From NCBI RefSeq assembly GCF_963921235.1, contig NC_086097.1, forward strand, positions 160,272,001-160,336,000: DNA of 64,000 nt, in the 5' to 3' direction. The first letter of the stretch is position 1; each line of letters starts with the position of its first letter. This document shows positions 38,070 through 49,400 of this stretch, one piece after another. The notes beneath the pieces are model-generated. The model did no database searches. It saw only the letters and a list, made by a program, of their open reading frames with translations, and was not told the origin of the DNA. Source of the stretch: Mobula hypostoma (lineage: Eukaryota). A program made the position numbers and the translations under genes.

Positions 38070-38551
38070 TGTCAGTACCTCCAGTTGAACTCTGTCTTTT
38101 TGTATGTTTCCCCCTAGTTGTCAGTCTGTGGTTTTGTATTGCCATGTGCTCCTTTTCTACTCTGGCCCCTGTATTACTGAGTACTCTGTCTCTCATCTGT
38201 TTCTCATTATTACCTGCGTTGCTGCCACCTGTGTCTCATTGTGCTCCACCTATCATCTGCCTCTCTGTTTATTTTTCAGTGTATTTCAGTCCTGTGTTTT
38301 CAGCTGTTTGTTGCCAGATTGTGCCAGTGAGTTTTCCTGAGCCTTTCCAGCATTTGTATCTGTACTCTGTCTGTCTGAATATCGACTCTGCCCGTTTCTC
38401 GATTCTGGTTTTTCGATTTCTCTGAATGTTTTGATCTCTACCTGAATTTTGATGCCGACTTTGTTTGCACCTCTGGATTTGTTACTCAATTAATATCACT
38501 GTGTGCACAGTACTGGGTCTGCGATTAAATCCCTGCTCCAGCGCCCTGACA
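38070..38551 (+). mobile_element. Probable solo LTR (482 bp, Gypsy-type)
   Basis: Perfect 6-bp inverted termini TGTCAG...CTGACA; T-rich body; flanks TAAATG / AAAATG form an imperfect TSD. Confidence 0.7.
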
Positions 38552-39287
38552 AAAATGTGCCCTCATCAATTCTAAAAGGAGATAAATGAGAGATTGTGAT
38601 GGAGACATAAGGCACAAAGTGACTCCTGAGCATAAAGGCACACTAAACAACAACTTCGAGAACGTGTAGAAGCACTTCATCTTCCAAGAGCAAAATGCTG
38701 AGGGTTACTTGAAATATCAGAATCGGGTTTAATATCACTGGCATATGTTGTGAAATTTGTTAACTTTAAAGTAGTGACGTAGTGTTCATGAGTTCTATGT
38801 CCATTTAGAAATCAGATGGTATGTTGCCTCATACCTTGCTATTAAAACTTGAGGTTTTAAATATCATTTAATGACTGTATCATTCCATGATGATATGGAC
38901 ATTCAGTTCAATGTCCTCATTTTGTCATCTCACACTCAGGGGCAATGTATTAATGAACTCAAAGGTATTGTGCATCTATCATGAGCTACAACCTTCAGGG
39001 GAGAAAGCAGAAGGGAGGTGAAGTGAGACAAGGGGCTTGCTACAGGTGGTTACATTGCAATCTTGGGGATCAAGATGTAGAAAATGATGTTCCCTTCAAG
39101 ACAGATGGGAAAGGAAAAGCCAAAATCTCAGCATTGATGGAGTCATATGGACAAACTAAAATCTTTAGCATCCGTGGTGCTGAAATATAATAATAACTGA
39201 ATAGGCATAGCCTGTCATCACTAAAGAATGACTTCTTAATATTTAGCCATTGAACTCATTGTTTAGTCTGCACACAGTCACTGGATT

Positions 39288-39705
39288 AGATAGAAAGATA
39301 GAAAACCTGCAGCACAATACAGGCACTTTGGCCCACAAAGCTGTGCTGAATATGTCTTTACCTTAGAACTACCTTGGCTAACCCTTAGCCCTCTATTTTT
39401 CAAAGCTCCATGTACCTAGCCATGAGTTTCTTAAAAGACCCTATCATATCCGCCTCCACCAGCAACGCCGGCAGCCCATTCCATGCACTCACCACTCGCT
39501 GAGTAAAAGAAAACTTACCCCTGACATCTCTTCTGTACCTATTTCCAAGCACTGTAAAACTATGCCTTCTCGTGCTAGCCATCTCAGCCATGGGAAAAAG
39601 CCTCTGACTATCCACAATGCCTCTCATCATCTTGTACACCTTTATCAGGTCACCTCTCGTCCTCTGTCGCTCCAAGGAAAAAGGGCTAAGTTCACTCAAC
39701 CTATT
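39288..39705 (-). mobile_element. CR1 3'-end fragment
   Basis: Minus ORF 39400-39699 (RGDLIKVYKMMRG..FTQRVVSAWNGLP); tail tagatagaaagatagaaa. Confidence 0.88.
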
Positions 39706-39972
39706 CCCATTTTATTGATTATCGATGGTTGGAAGATTTATACCAGCTAAGTAGCTTGAGAGCTGCTTTGAAATATGTAAAGGATCATTGCCATAACTGT
39801 ATATGTGTAGTGTTTTTTTTCCTTTATTTCTAAGCACTTGATAGCATTCAGGACCAGATCTAAAATTTTCTGCATTGTTATGATGTATCCTACCCAAACC
39901 ATGGCTGACCTTAATTTGTGAGTCTATAGCAACTCATTTTTAAACTGTTCAATGATCACCAAAGGTCTAAAG

Positions 39973-41119
39973 TGGGATTTCTCAACCAGGGTTCCGCGAG
40001 AAGTTACTAGGGGTTCCACGAGACATGGTGATTAAAACAAATTAAACATTCTTTCTTGAACTGTGCGAGAAGCTAGCACTCACAGTGGTGGGCAGTGATC
40101 GAGCAGCCCCATCGCAATCTCGTTAAAGTTCTCTCAACCCAGTTTGGCAGTGCACAGTGGAACCGTGTTTTTTCTCAGCTTTTGACACAAGATAGGGGAG
40201 GCTGTTGATAATTGGCGAGCATTGTATAGCACGGAGGGGAGGAGGGGAGGCTGGTGATCGGCTTTTTCTGAGCATTGAATGGAATCGCTCAATTTAGGCT
40301 GTGACATCAGCCTCTCCCTCCTGAGTGACCTCCCCCAGCTTCCCCTTATGTGCTGCCAACTGTCTTATGGGAGCAAACAAGCTCTACTGGTGTAGTAGAA
40401 AATTAGAGGAAAATTTTCATTCTAAAGAAAGAAGTTTCACGCACCACGTCTCCACTGCTGGCCTGCTGCTTTGCTGTTGTTGTAAATGTTGCAAAAAGTG
40501 GATTGTGTAAGTTAGAAGTGAATTGTATTGTGAAGTTTTTGTATTTTTTGTGGTTTTTCATTTAGGTACTTACTATGCCTTTTTTTTTATACTTTGTTAA
40601 CCTCTATTCCATTGTGCCTAGTCTGCAGCAAACAACTTGCAAATATAGCAACGGCTCCAGCAAAATTGAAAAGATACTTATCTACAAATCACAGCCATAC
40701 GACATGTAAAAGTGCTGATTATTTTAAATGGCTATTGCAATCTCAAAACAAACAGTAAAGCTTTTAATTAAAATCAACTTACAACCTTTATTTAAATTAA
40801 ATCTACCGAGCCTACCTTTAGAAAAATTAAATCCCATTTTGGCTTAAGCCATTTATTTAACAGAAATTTATTATGTTTGCCTTAAGTTTTTAAAATTTAT
40901 GAAAGGAGAAAAAAAGAAATTTATTTCAAGAAAGGTAAGCTAAAAATTAATTCTGTACTTAGAAGAGCATTGACAATTATTTTAGATTATTATATCTACA
41001 ACTTACTGATCAGGCAATGCACCGTAAGCCATAGATATAATAATTTTTACGCAGGGGTTCCCTGAGACCTGAAAATTACTTCAAGGGTATCTCCAGGGCA
41101 AAAAGGTTAAGAAAGGCTG
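39973..41119 (+). mobile_element. Non-autonomous hAT (Charlie-like) element with BED zinc-finger remnant
   Basis: Degenerate 15-bp TIRs TGGGATTTCTCAACC / GGTTAAGAAAGGCTG; 8-bp flanks GTCTAAAG / GACTGAAG (6/8); subterminal GGGGTTCC motifs; ~40609-40700 translates PLCLVCSKQLANIATAPAKLKRYLSTNH. Confidence 0.75.
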
Positions 41120-41637
41120 GACTGAAGGGTTAAAAGCTAACTCCAGGATGTGGTGATAAATAATCATAGAATGGTTTAAAAAATATCTGCTGTGTTTTCA
41201 AGTCCTTGAACACTTCTGTTGGCCAGCAACAAACACAAACAAACTAAGGCTACTTAGCTGACTTTCAGAAATCATTTGACTGACAAACAGTCCTTTCAAG
41301 TTCTAAATTTTACAGTAGGGTATATGCACTGATACTGTGTGGAGACAGGGTAGTCACAGGGAGGTCTTATGCGGAATCCTGTCAAATTATTATATCCACC
41401 CATATTTTGAGAGAAACACCAATCTTTATTTCTTTCATCAAATGTTCAGATTCAATGCCTATCACCTTCAATCGAAATCCTCCCAAATAACTAACCAAAC
41501 AGAAGTATTGTGATCTATTGATATGACAGAAGGGGTCATTTCTTGCATTATGAGTGGCACTGTTCACACAAAATTCATGAGGCACACCTAATTTTCAATA
41601 GAGAGAATTACAGCAAGCAGGCTTCAGAAATTCCATG

Positions 41638-41846
41638 ACATGAGGAAATCTGCAGATGCTGGAAATTCAAGCAACACACACAAAAAATGCTGGTGGAACA
41701 CAGCAGGCCAGGCAGCATCTATAGGAAGAGGTACAGTCGACGTTTCGGGGCGGGACGAAGGGTCCCGGCCTGAAACGTTGACTGTACCTCTTCCTACAGA
41801 TGCTGCCTAATCTGCTGTGTTCCACCAGCATTTTTTGTGTGTGTTG
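41638..41846. mobile_element. Fold-back Penelope-terminus mini-element with 15-bp TSD
   Basis: Perfect direct repeat TTCAGAAATTCCATG at 41623-41637 and 41847-41861; inverted arms ~41672-41748 and ~41769-41846. Confidence 0.88.
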
Positions 41847-43649
41847 TTCAGAAATTCCATGTGTGCCCAGTAACTGGGAGTCAGAAAAATTGGCCCAATA
41901 CATATTTTTTTTGGGACATTGTGCAAAGTCTTAATATGTTGCGTTTAGCATCATCCGGAACTGGCTCTCAAGATACACTGCACTTGCAAAACTTTCCTCC
42001 AATGTCAGTTATATTTCACCCATCAGTAGCTCCTTGCAAAGTACCGCATTTTTTAATTTGTATGAACATGTTTCAGTTTGCTTAGAATTGTCACATAAAT
42101 TAGTAAATGATGTGAGTTACCTGTCGCATCTGTCTTTGACAAGCATCAGTTAATGAGAACAAGTACTTGCAAGATGTCCTTGCATTGAATCCTCATTTTT
42201 CTTGCAGGGTATGAGTTGGGACTGAGTCATAATAGTAAGCCACACGACTAAAACCTCAAAACTCTGCATTAAGCAAATTTAGACCTGTTACTCAGGAAGT
42301 CAGACATCATAAGTCAGTAACCCATAATCAGATATATTCAACCCCCTGGAAAATGAAAAGGGATATAGGAATGATGTCATTGTACTGGGGAGTGGGCAGA
42401 GAAGATTCCCTGGATGCACCTGAGCTGGAGCTTTATAATTGTAAGGAGACATTGGATGGGCTGAGATAGCTTCCCTGGAGTGGAGTGGATGAAGCTGAGA
42501 GATGACCTGATAGAGGTTATGTAAATGAAATGATGAAGGATATGAGGTAGACAGTAAGAATTTACTTTTCCTCACGATGGAGGTACCAAAGACAAGAGGA
42601 TTTAGGTTATGAGGGAATCTGAGGTGGAAAATTTCCATTGAGATACTGGAGTCTGTAATGCACTCACTGAGCAGGTGAGGGATACGGATGTACTCACAAC
42701 ATTTAGAAACATTAAGGTAAGCATTTACATCACCAAGGCATAGAGGTTGATGGGTGTAATGCAGGTAAATGTAGAGTAAATCAGTACAACAGGCAGCATG
42801 CATGGGGCCCTTCTATTTGTATGCTGTACGGCTCTATGATTCTGCTGGAGGAGACCACTGAGGAATTCATTTTTGGCATTAACATTGAATAGTTGAATTG
42901 ATGCATAATACTGTATTTGAAATGTATTCCATTGACTTTAATGAATTTCAGAGGCAAAGTAAAGCATATTGATCCAAAAATATAGCACATTCAACCATGC
43001 CACACAGCCCACAAAACTCCTCCATTTTTGGAACAGGTAATATTGGCGCTTGCTATTGATTCTTATCAAGAAATGACAATTAGCTGTAGTCTTCATGATG
43101 TCTGCAGGCTAGAAGTGCTGAACATGTAAAAATAAAACAATACAATACTGTAAGATCTCTGTGGGTGAGACAGAATCTGCAAACAGGGAGACGGTTAACA
43201 TTTTAGGTCAGTGATGCTTCATCAGAACTGGAAAAGAGAAAACAAACTAGTTTGTCAGTCCAGATTTTAAATTCTCTGGAGGCATTGGAAAAAGTACAAA
43301 AAAAAAAGATGGTTCCAAACTTGGGAAGTCATAAGACTGAACATGAGTGGGGACTTTTCCATGAAAAGAGTATTGACTTTCAGGGGTCATTGAAATCACT
43401 GTTGGGCATAATAAAAGCAAAGTAAGATTTTCAACTTTTCCAGATCCAAACATACAGTCATCAGTAAAAAAAACTATAGAAGAAAACTCTTCAGCTTGAG
43501 TATGAAAATGAGGAACTTGCTACCACATAAAGTGAACAACATGAGAGCTAGGTAGATAAGCAGTGGTGTCCGATGATGAGCTTAAAGGAGGGATGGTAAG
43601 GTTTTATGGAGCATAAATACTATCATGGATATGGTTTTGTGTTTGGCTT

Positions 43650-44112
43650 TGGTTAATTATTGCCACATATACCACAATAGTGAAAAGCTTGTCTTGCATA
43701 GTGTTCATACAAATCATATCATTAAACAGTGTATTGAGGAAGAACAAAGAAAAACAATTACAATGGAGCATAAAGTATAAAATCTGCAGAGAAAATGCAG
43801 TACAGGTATACAATAAAGCAGAAGATTATAAGGAGGTAGATTGTGAGGTCACGACTCTGTTATTGTTCACTCAAGAGTCTGATAACAGCAGGATATAGGC
43901 TGTCCTTGAGCTGGTGGTACAACTTTTTAGCTTTTTGTATCTTCTGCCCAAAGGGAAAGAGGAGGAAAGAAAATGTCCAGGGTGGGTGGGGTCTATGAAT
44001 AAGATGGCTGCTTTACAGAAGCACTGGGAAGTATAGACAGAGTCCATAGAGGGGATGCTGATTTCTGTGATGTGCTGAGATGTGTCCACAATTCTCTACA
44101 GTTCCTTGAGGT
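43650..44112 (-). mobile_element. Rex-like LINE 3' fragment
   Basis: Minus ORF 43871-44089 (IPSMDSVYTSQC..KAA..DPTHPGHFL..LGRRYK). Confidence 0.7.
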
Positions 44113-44116
44113 CATG

Positions 44117-44830
44117 TGTGTATTGTTTTGTAACTCAAAACTATAAAACTAATTGAAAGCAAAACGCAAAGCTGGGGGAAATGCATGTCTTAATTTAAAT
44201 TTTACTTTAGCAAGACAAATGTATATGACATGGTGGCATGAATACTTCTGCCATTCATGTACTTTTACATATAACCCCTAATGAATTATTTAAATGAACA
44301 AGAATGCTTAATCAAACAATATAGTTACAATATTACTCAAGTATTAAATGCACAACACTCCTCCCTGCTCAGCTATATACTCCAACTTAATATAGAATGC
44401 ACCTCAACTATATACACAGTATACTATATAATGCAGCTACAATGTAGATATCCTCAGCATTGTAAAGTTTAAATTGTCCCTTTCAGGCTTAAAGATTTAA
44501 TCATTGTGGAGAATTTCCTTCCTCTGTGGGATAACGTTGTTCCTGACAAGGGAGGTCACTCTGCTTGGCAGGTGAGACTTGTGGCGGTGAAATAATCCCA
44601 GGTTCTGGGGCTTCCTTGGTGATGGCAGTAGGAGTTGACTCTGGGACTGCAGGAAGGGGTTCTGACAGCTCTGGAGATGACTCTGGACATCTTTATTCAG
44701 GAAGCGTTTGCATCTAGAACAGTGCATGGCAAGCTTCACTAGATGATATGGAACATAATGTGTCAGTACAGTGTCTGACGTCACCATTTCCTTTACCTTT
44801 AGAAAGCCACCTCACATTGTATTATCCATT
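44117..44830 (-). mobile_element. Gypsy-like LTR retrotransposon 3' remnant (3' LTR ~44117-44357 plus pol tail)
   Basis: LTR-like segment ends cacaaca at 44357 (TGTTGTG on minus), directly adjacent to a polypurine tract (GCAGGGAGGAG on minus); upstream minus sequence encodes a QRYPTEE/RYP-type pol tail. Confidence 0.6.
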
Positions 44831-45844
44831 GCTATTTCTTCCTCATCTTTTTAGAATCAAGGGGTGGAACAAAATAGCAGGTTTGGCAGGAACCTGTTAT
44901 AGTAATTGACAAATTCTAAAAAGGACTGTAACACATCCTTTACCTTGGCTAATAATTCACCACTGCTTGAATTTTCTCTGCACAATTGAGTATATCTTGT
45001 GCATCAATGGTGCAACCACAGTGAGTGGACCACTGACCTTTAAAACATGTGTTGGTACTGGCAATTGGTAATTGTGGAAATGAGGATGGTTGTCAGCAGA
45101 AAATGAGTACTGCAATTGAGGTGGTCAGAGCCGTGAGATGATGGGCATGGGGTGTGACTATTTAGGATAACTGGTAATTTATCTGCAAGCTGTCCGGCCG
45201 GTACAGTGGGAGTCAGGCTGTCATACTGAGGCCCCCCAATCACAGCTGCCCCCGCCAATGTACTTCATGCAGAATGATATCATCCCCTGAGTCCTGGCAT
45301 GAAATCACCTCAGAAGCACAAGGATTATTGATAATAAGAAGCATCCAGATGAATTTTTACTGTTGCAAAATGACTTGGACATGGCCATTCCCATGTTTCA
45401 CTTGTGAGAAAATTAATTTCAAATTCCAATTTCAAAAGACAGAGCTATGTAATTGAATTTCAAGGCAATTTCAAAGCCATAGAATTTCCGATTCACTGTA
45501 TCCAAGCTCTTCATAATTTATGTATTGCATTTTTCCTTTACTTTCTCTGCATCAAGTAAATATTTTCGAGAAGTTCTCCAGATTTTCCTCAGTGTTATGT
45601 TATTTTGGTAAACGTCTAAATTTATTCCACTTTAAACTGTACTACTTAATTGGTAATTTGCAATTGGTTTATTATTGTTACATATAACAAGATACAGTTA
45701 AAAGCTTCTGGTTGCAAGGTCATCTAGACAGATCATTCAAAATTTAAGTACACTGAGTAATGCTGAGTAAGTGCTGGTAATGCACCTTACGTTGGTCTGC
45801 CAACAACCATGAAAAATTACTACAACAATTAGAAGAAGAAAGGG

Positions 45845-46185
45845 TTTCAGCTGCTGTTCAGATCAAACATCAAGATGGGGAAGAAATATGATCTGAGTGA
45901 CTTTGACAGCGGAATGATTTTTGGTGCCAGATTGGGTGGATTGAGTATTTAAGAAACCACTAATCTCCTGAGATTTTCACACACAACAGTCTCTAGAGTT
46001 TACGAGAAGCAGAAAACATCCAGTAAGCAGCAGTTCTGTGGACAAAAATGCCTTGTGTTTTAGAGAGGTCAGAGGAGAATGACCACACTGGTTCAAGCTG
46101 TTAGGAAGGTGATAGTAACTCAAATAAACACACATTACAACAGTGGTGTGCAGAAAAAGCATTTCTGAATGTACTACACATCTAT
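45845..46185 (+). mobile_element. Fragment of a second Tc1-like family (transposase N-terminus)
   Basis: From ~45876 translates MGKKYDLSDFDSGMIFGARLGGLSI*ETTNLLRFSHTTVSRVY. Confidence 0.8.
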
Positions 46186-46204
46186 ACATAAAGCGACTCT
46201 TTAA

Positions 46205-47780
46205 TGATAAAGTTGAGGTGGTGGTGGGTGTGGTGGAGTATGTTAGTGGGTAGGTGAAAATAACTTTTTTAGTTTGATGGTGTGATCATCTTGGCATGGA
46301 TGTTTGGTAGCCTCCTCCCTGATGGGAGTGGGACAAACGGTCCATGATCTGGGTGGATAAGCTCCTTTATGATATCGCTGGTCCTTTTCATGCATCTTTC
46401 TGTATATATCAAAGTTCAATGTATATTTATTACCAAAGAATGTATACATTGTACAACCTTGAGATTTGTCTCCGACAAAACAAAGAACCCATTAAAAAAA
46501 GACAGTCAAGCACCCAATGAGCAGAGAGAAATGAAAACGGATCGTGCAAACAATAAAAGCAAGCAAATGGTGTTCAGAACTGAAGTCCATGAAAGAAATT
46601 CCATCCACAGACATGAAGCCACAGGCCCTCGGTTCAGCACAGTGTCGTGAAACAGCTAGCTGACCCAGCTCGTCCCTCACCTCAGGCCCAACAGCCTGGC
46701 CTTTTCAGTCTGACCCGCGCTTAAATCATCATCCAAACATCAGGTTCTGTCGCTTTGATATGCTCTGGGGCCTGGACGCTGCCAGCTCAATTCAAGCTGT
46801 ATCCAACCTTTCCAATCCAGCTCAGCGCTTAAATCGATTGAACCTCAGGTCTTTCCCACTCCCTTATCTCGGTTCTGCCAGATCGAGTCGCTGCTAAGCC
46901 CAAAGGGAAGTTACAGGCTATTGTTTGTGATGATTGTTTAGCAGAGAAAGTGTGATGAACAGAGTATTTAGTTGTTTTCTTTGTTTCATTGGCCGTCAGC
47001 AAGTAGTTGTTGAGCTTCACCAGTGTGTGTAGGCTGGTGCCGGAGATGCATTGGGCAGCTTTCACTACCAGTTGTACAATCTTTAAGTCCGTTGCAGTGC
47101 AGTTTCTGGGCAATGCGGTAAGTCAGCATGTTAGAATGCTCTCTACAGAACATCTATAGGAGGCCATGAGTACTGATGTGCATAGTCCAGCTCTCTTCAG
47201 CCTCCTCAGAAAGTAGAGTTGTTGGTGAGCTTTCTCCATTGTGCAGGATATGTTCTCAGACCATGAGAGCTTCTGCAAGATGTGAACTCCCAGAAGTTTG
47301 AAACTGTTCAAGTTTCAGCTGCTGTGCCTCTGTGGTGAAGAGGAACAGTGAATGACTTTGGTTTTCCTGAAGTCGATAACCATCTCCTTTGTCTGGTCAT
47401 TGAGGAGGATGTCATTTGCCAGGCACCAGACCTCAACCTCTTCCACTTCCACTCAATGTTGTTGCTCTTGAGTCCCATCACTATCATATTATTAGTGAAC
47501 TTGACTATGTGATCACTGGCGTGTTTGGCTGTGTAGTCGTGTGTGAGCAGAGTGTACAGCAATAAGCTCAGCACACACCCCTGAGGGGGGACCAGTGTTG
47601 AGGATGATGGGGAAGGAGGAGCAGTTGTGCATCCAGACCTCAGATATTCAGTTGCTTTAGGAAATCCAACACCCAATTGTACAGTGGTATATTTATACTG
47701 ATGTGTTAAAGTTTGTTCACCAAGGTCCGTGAGACAATAGTATTGAATGCCGAACTGAAATCCAGAAACATCATCCTGAC
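46205..47780 (-). mobile_element. Rex1/Babar-like LINE fragment with an unclassified ~600-bp insert (~46410-47010)
   Basis: Minus ORFs 47308-47676 (PQGCVLSLLLYTLLTHD) and 47123-47311 (KAHQQLYFLRRLK). Confidence 0.75.
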
Positions 47781-47781
47781 A

Positions 47782-48200
47782 GACTACTCTTCTTCCTCAG
47801 GAGTCTGCAAAGATATGGCATGACATCAAAAACTTTGACTGCATTATGATCTGGTAATGGAACACCAATGCCCTTGAATGGAAAGTCTTATAAAAGGTAG
47901 TGTAGTCGGTCCAGTACATCACAGGTAAAGCCCTCCCAACCATTAAGCACATCTACCCGAAACACTGTTGTAAGAGAGCAGCATGTATCATCAAAGGTCC
48001 TCAGCACCCAGGCCATGCTCTTTTCTCACTGCTGCCATCAGGTAGAAGGTATAAACGCCTCAGAACTCACACCACCAGGCTAAAGAACAGTTACTACCCC
48101 TGAACCATCAGGCTTTTAAACAAAAGAGGATGACTACACTCATCTGTTGGGATGTTCCCACACCAATGATCTCACTTTAATGACTTTTTAACTGGCTATT
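47782..48200 (+). mobile_element. Rex-like LINE 3' fragment; continues after 49400
   Basis: Encodes YFLRSLQRYG..IIKGPQHPGHALFSLLPSGRRYK; 3' UTR resumes at ~49400-49575. Confidence 0.7.
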
Positions 48201-48201
48201 T

Positions 48202-49400
48202 CATAGTCATAGTCCTAGTCATACTTTATTGATCCCGGGGGAAATTAGTTTTCGTTACAGTTGCACCATAAATAATAAATAGTAATAAAACCATAAATAG
48301 TTAAATAGTAATATGTAAATTATGCCAGTAAATTATGAAATAAGTCCAGGACCAGCCTATTGGCTCAAGGTGTCTGATCCTCCAAGGGAGGAGTTGTAAA
48401 GTTTGATGGCCACAGGCAGGAATGACTTCCTATGACGCTCTGTGCTGCATCTCGGTGGAATGAGTCTCTGGCCGAATGTACTCCTGTGCCCACCCAGTTC
48501 ATTATGTAGTGGATGGGAGACATTGTCCAAGATGGCATGCAACTTAGACAGCATCCTCTTTTCAGACACCACCGTCAGAGAGTCCAGTTCCATCCCCACA
48601 ACATCACTGGTCTTACAAATGAGTTTGTTGATTCTGTTGGTGTTTGCTACCCTCGGCCTGCTGCCCCAGCACACAACAGCAAACATGATAGCACTGGCCA
48701 CCACAGACTCGTAGAACATCCTCAGCATCGTCCGGCAGATGTTAAAGGACCTCAGTCTCCTCAGGAAATAGAGACTGCTTCTTGTAGACAGCCTCAGTGT
48801 TCTTTGACCAGTCCAGTTTTTTGTCAATTCATATCCCCAGTTATTTGTAATCCTCCACCATGTCCACACTGACCCCCTGGATGGAAACAGGGGTCACCGG
48901 TACCTTAGCTCTCCTCAGGTCTACCACCAGCTCCTTAGTCTTTTTCACATTAAGCTGCAGATAATTCTGCTCACACCATGTGATAAAGTTTCCTACTGTA
49001 GCCCTGTACTCAGCCTCATCTCCCTTGCTGATGCATCCAACTATGGCAGAGTCATCCAAAAACTTCTGAAGATGACAAGACTCTGTGCAGTAGTTGAAGT
49101 CCGAGGTGTAAATGGTGAAGAGAAAGGGAGACAAGACGGTCCCCTGTGGAGCTCCAGTGCTGCTGATCACTCTGTCGGACACACAGTGTTGCAAGCACAC
49201 GTACTGTGGTCTGCCAGTCAGGTAATCAAGAATCCATGATACCAGGGAAGCATCCACCTGCATCACTGTCAGCTTCTCCCCCAGCAGAGCAGGGCGGATG
49301 GTGTTGAACGCACTGGAGAAGTCAAAAAACATGACCCTCACAGTGCTCGCTGGCTTGTCCAGGTCGGTGTAGACACGGTTCTGCAGGTTGACGATGGCAT
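48202..49400 (-). mobile_element. Young Rex1/Babar LINE, 5'-truncated
   Basis: Minus ORFs 48841-49341 (FFDFSSAFNTI, GAPQGTVLSPFLF, QKFLDD) and 48357-48869; (GACTAT)n-type tail at 48202-48224. Confidence 0.92.

Noticed and set aside
38057..38425. Hydrophobic 122-aa ORF resembling a membrane protein
   Set aside because: It is a by-product of the T-rich solo LTR sequence.
45040..45258. 72-aa minus ORF in a GC-richer unique patch
   Set aside because: Non-ATG start, no convincing splice sites and no recognisable homology; the other minus frames checked are closed.
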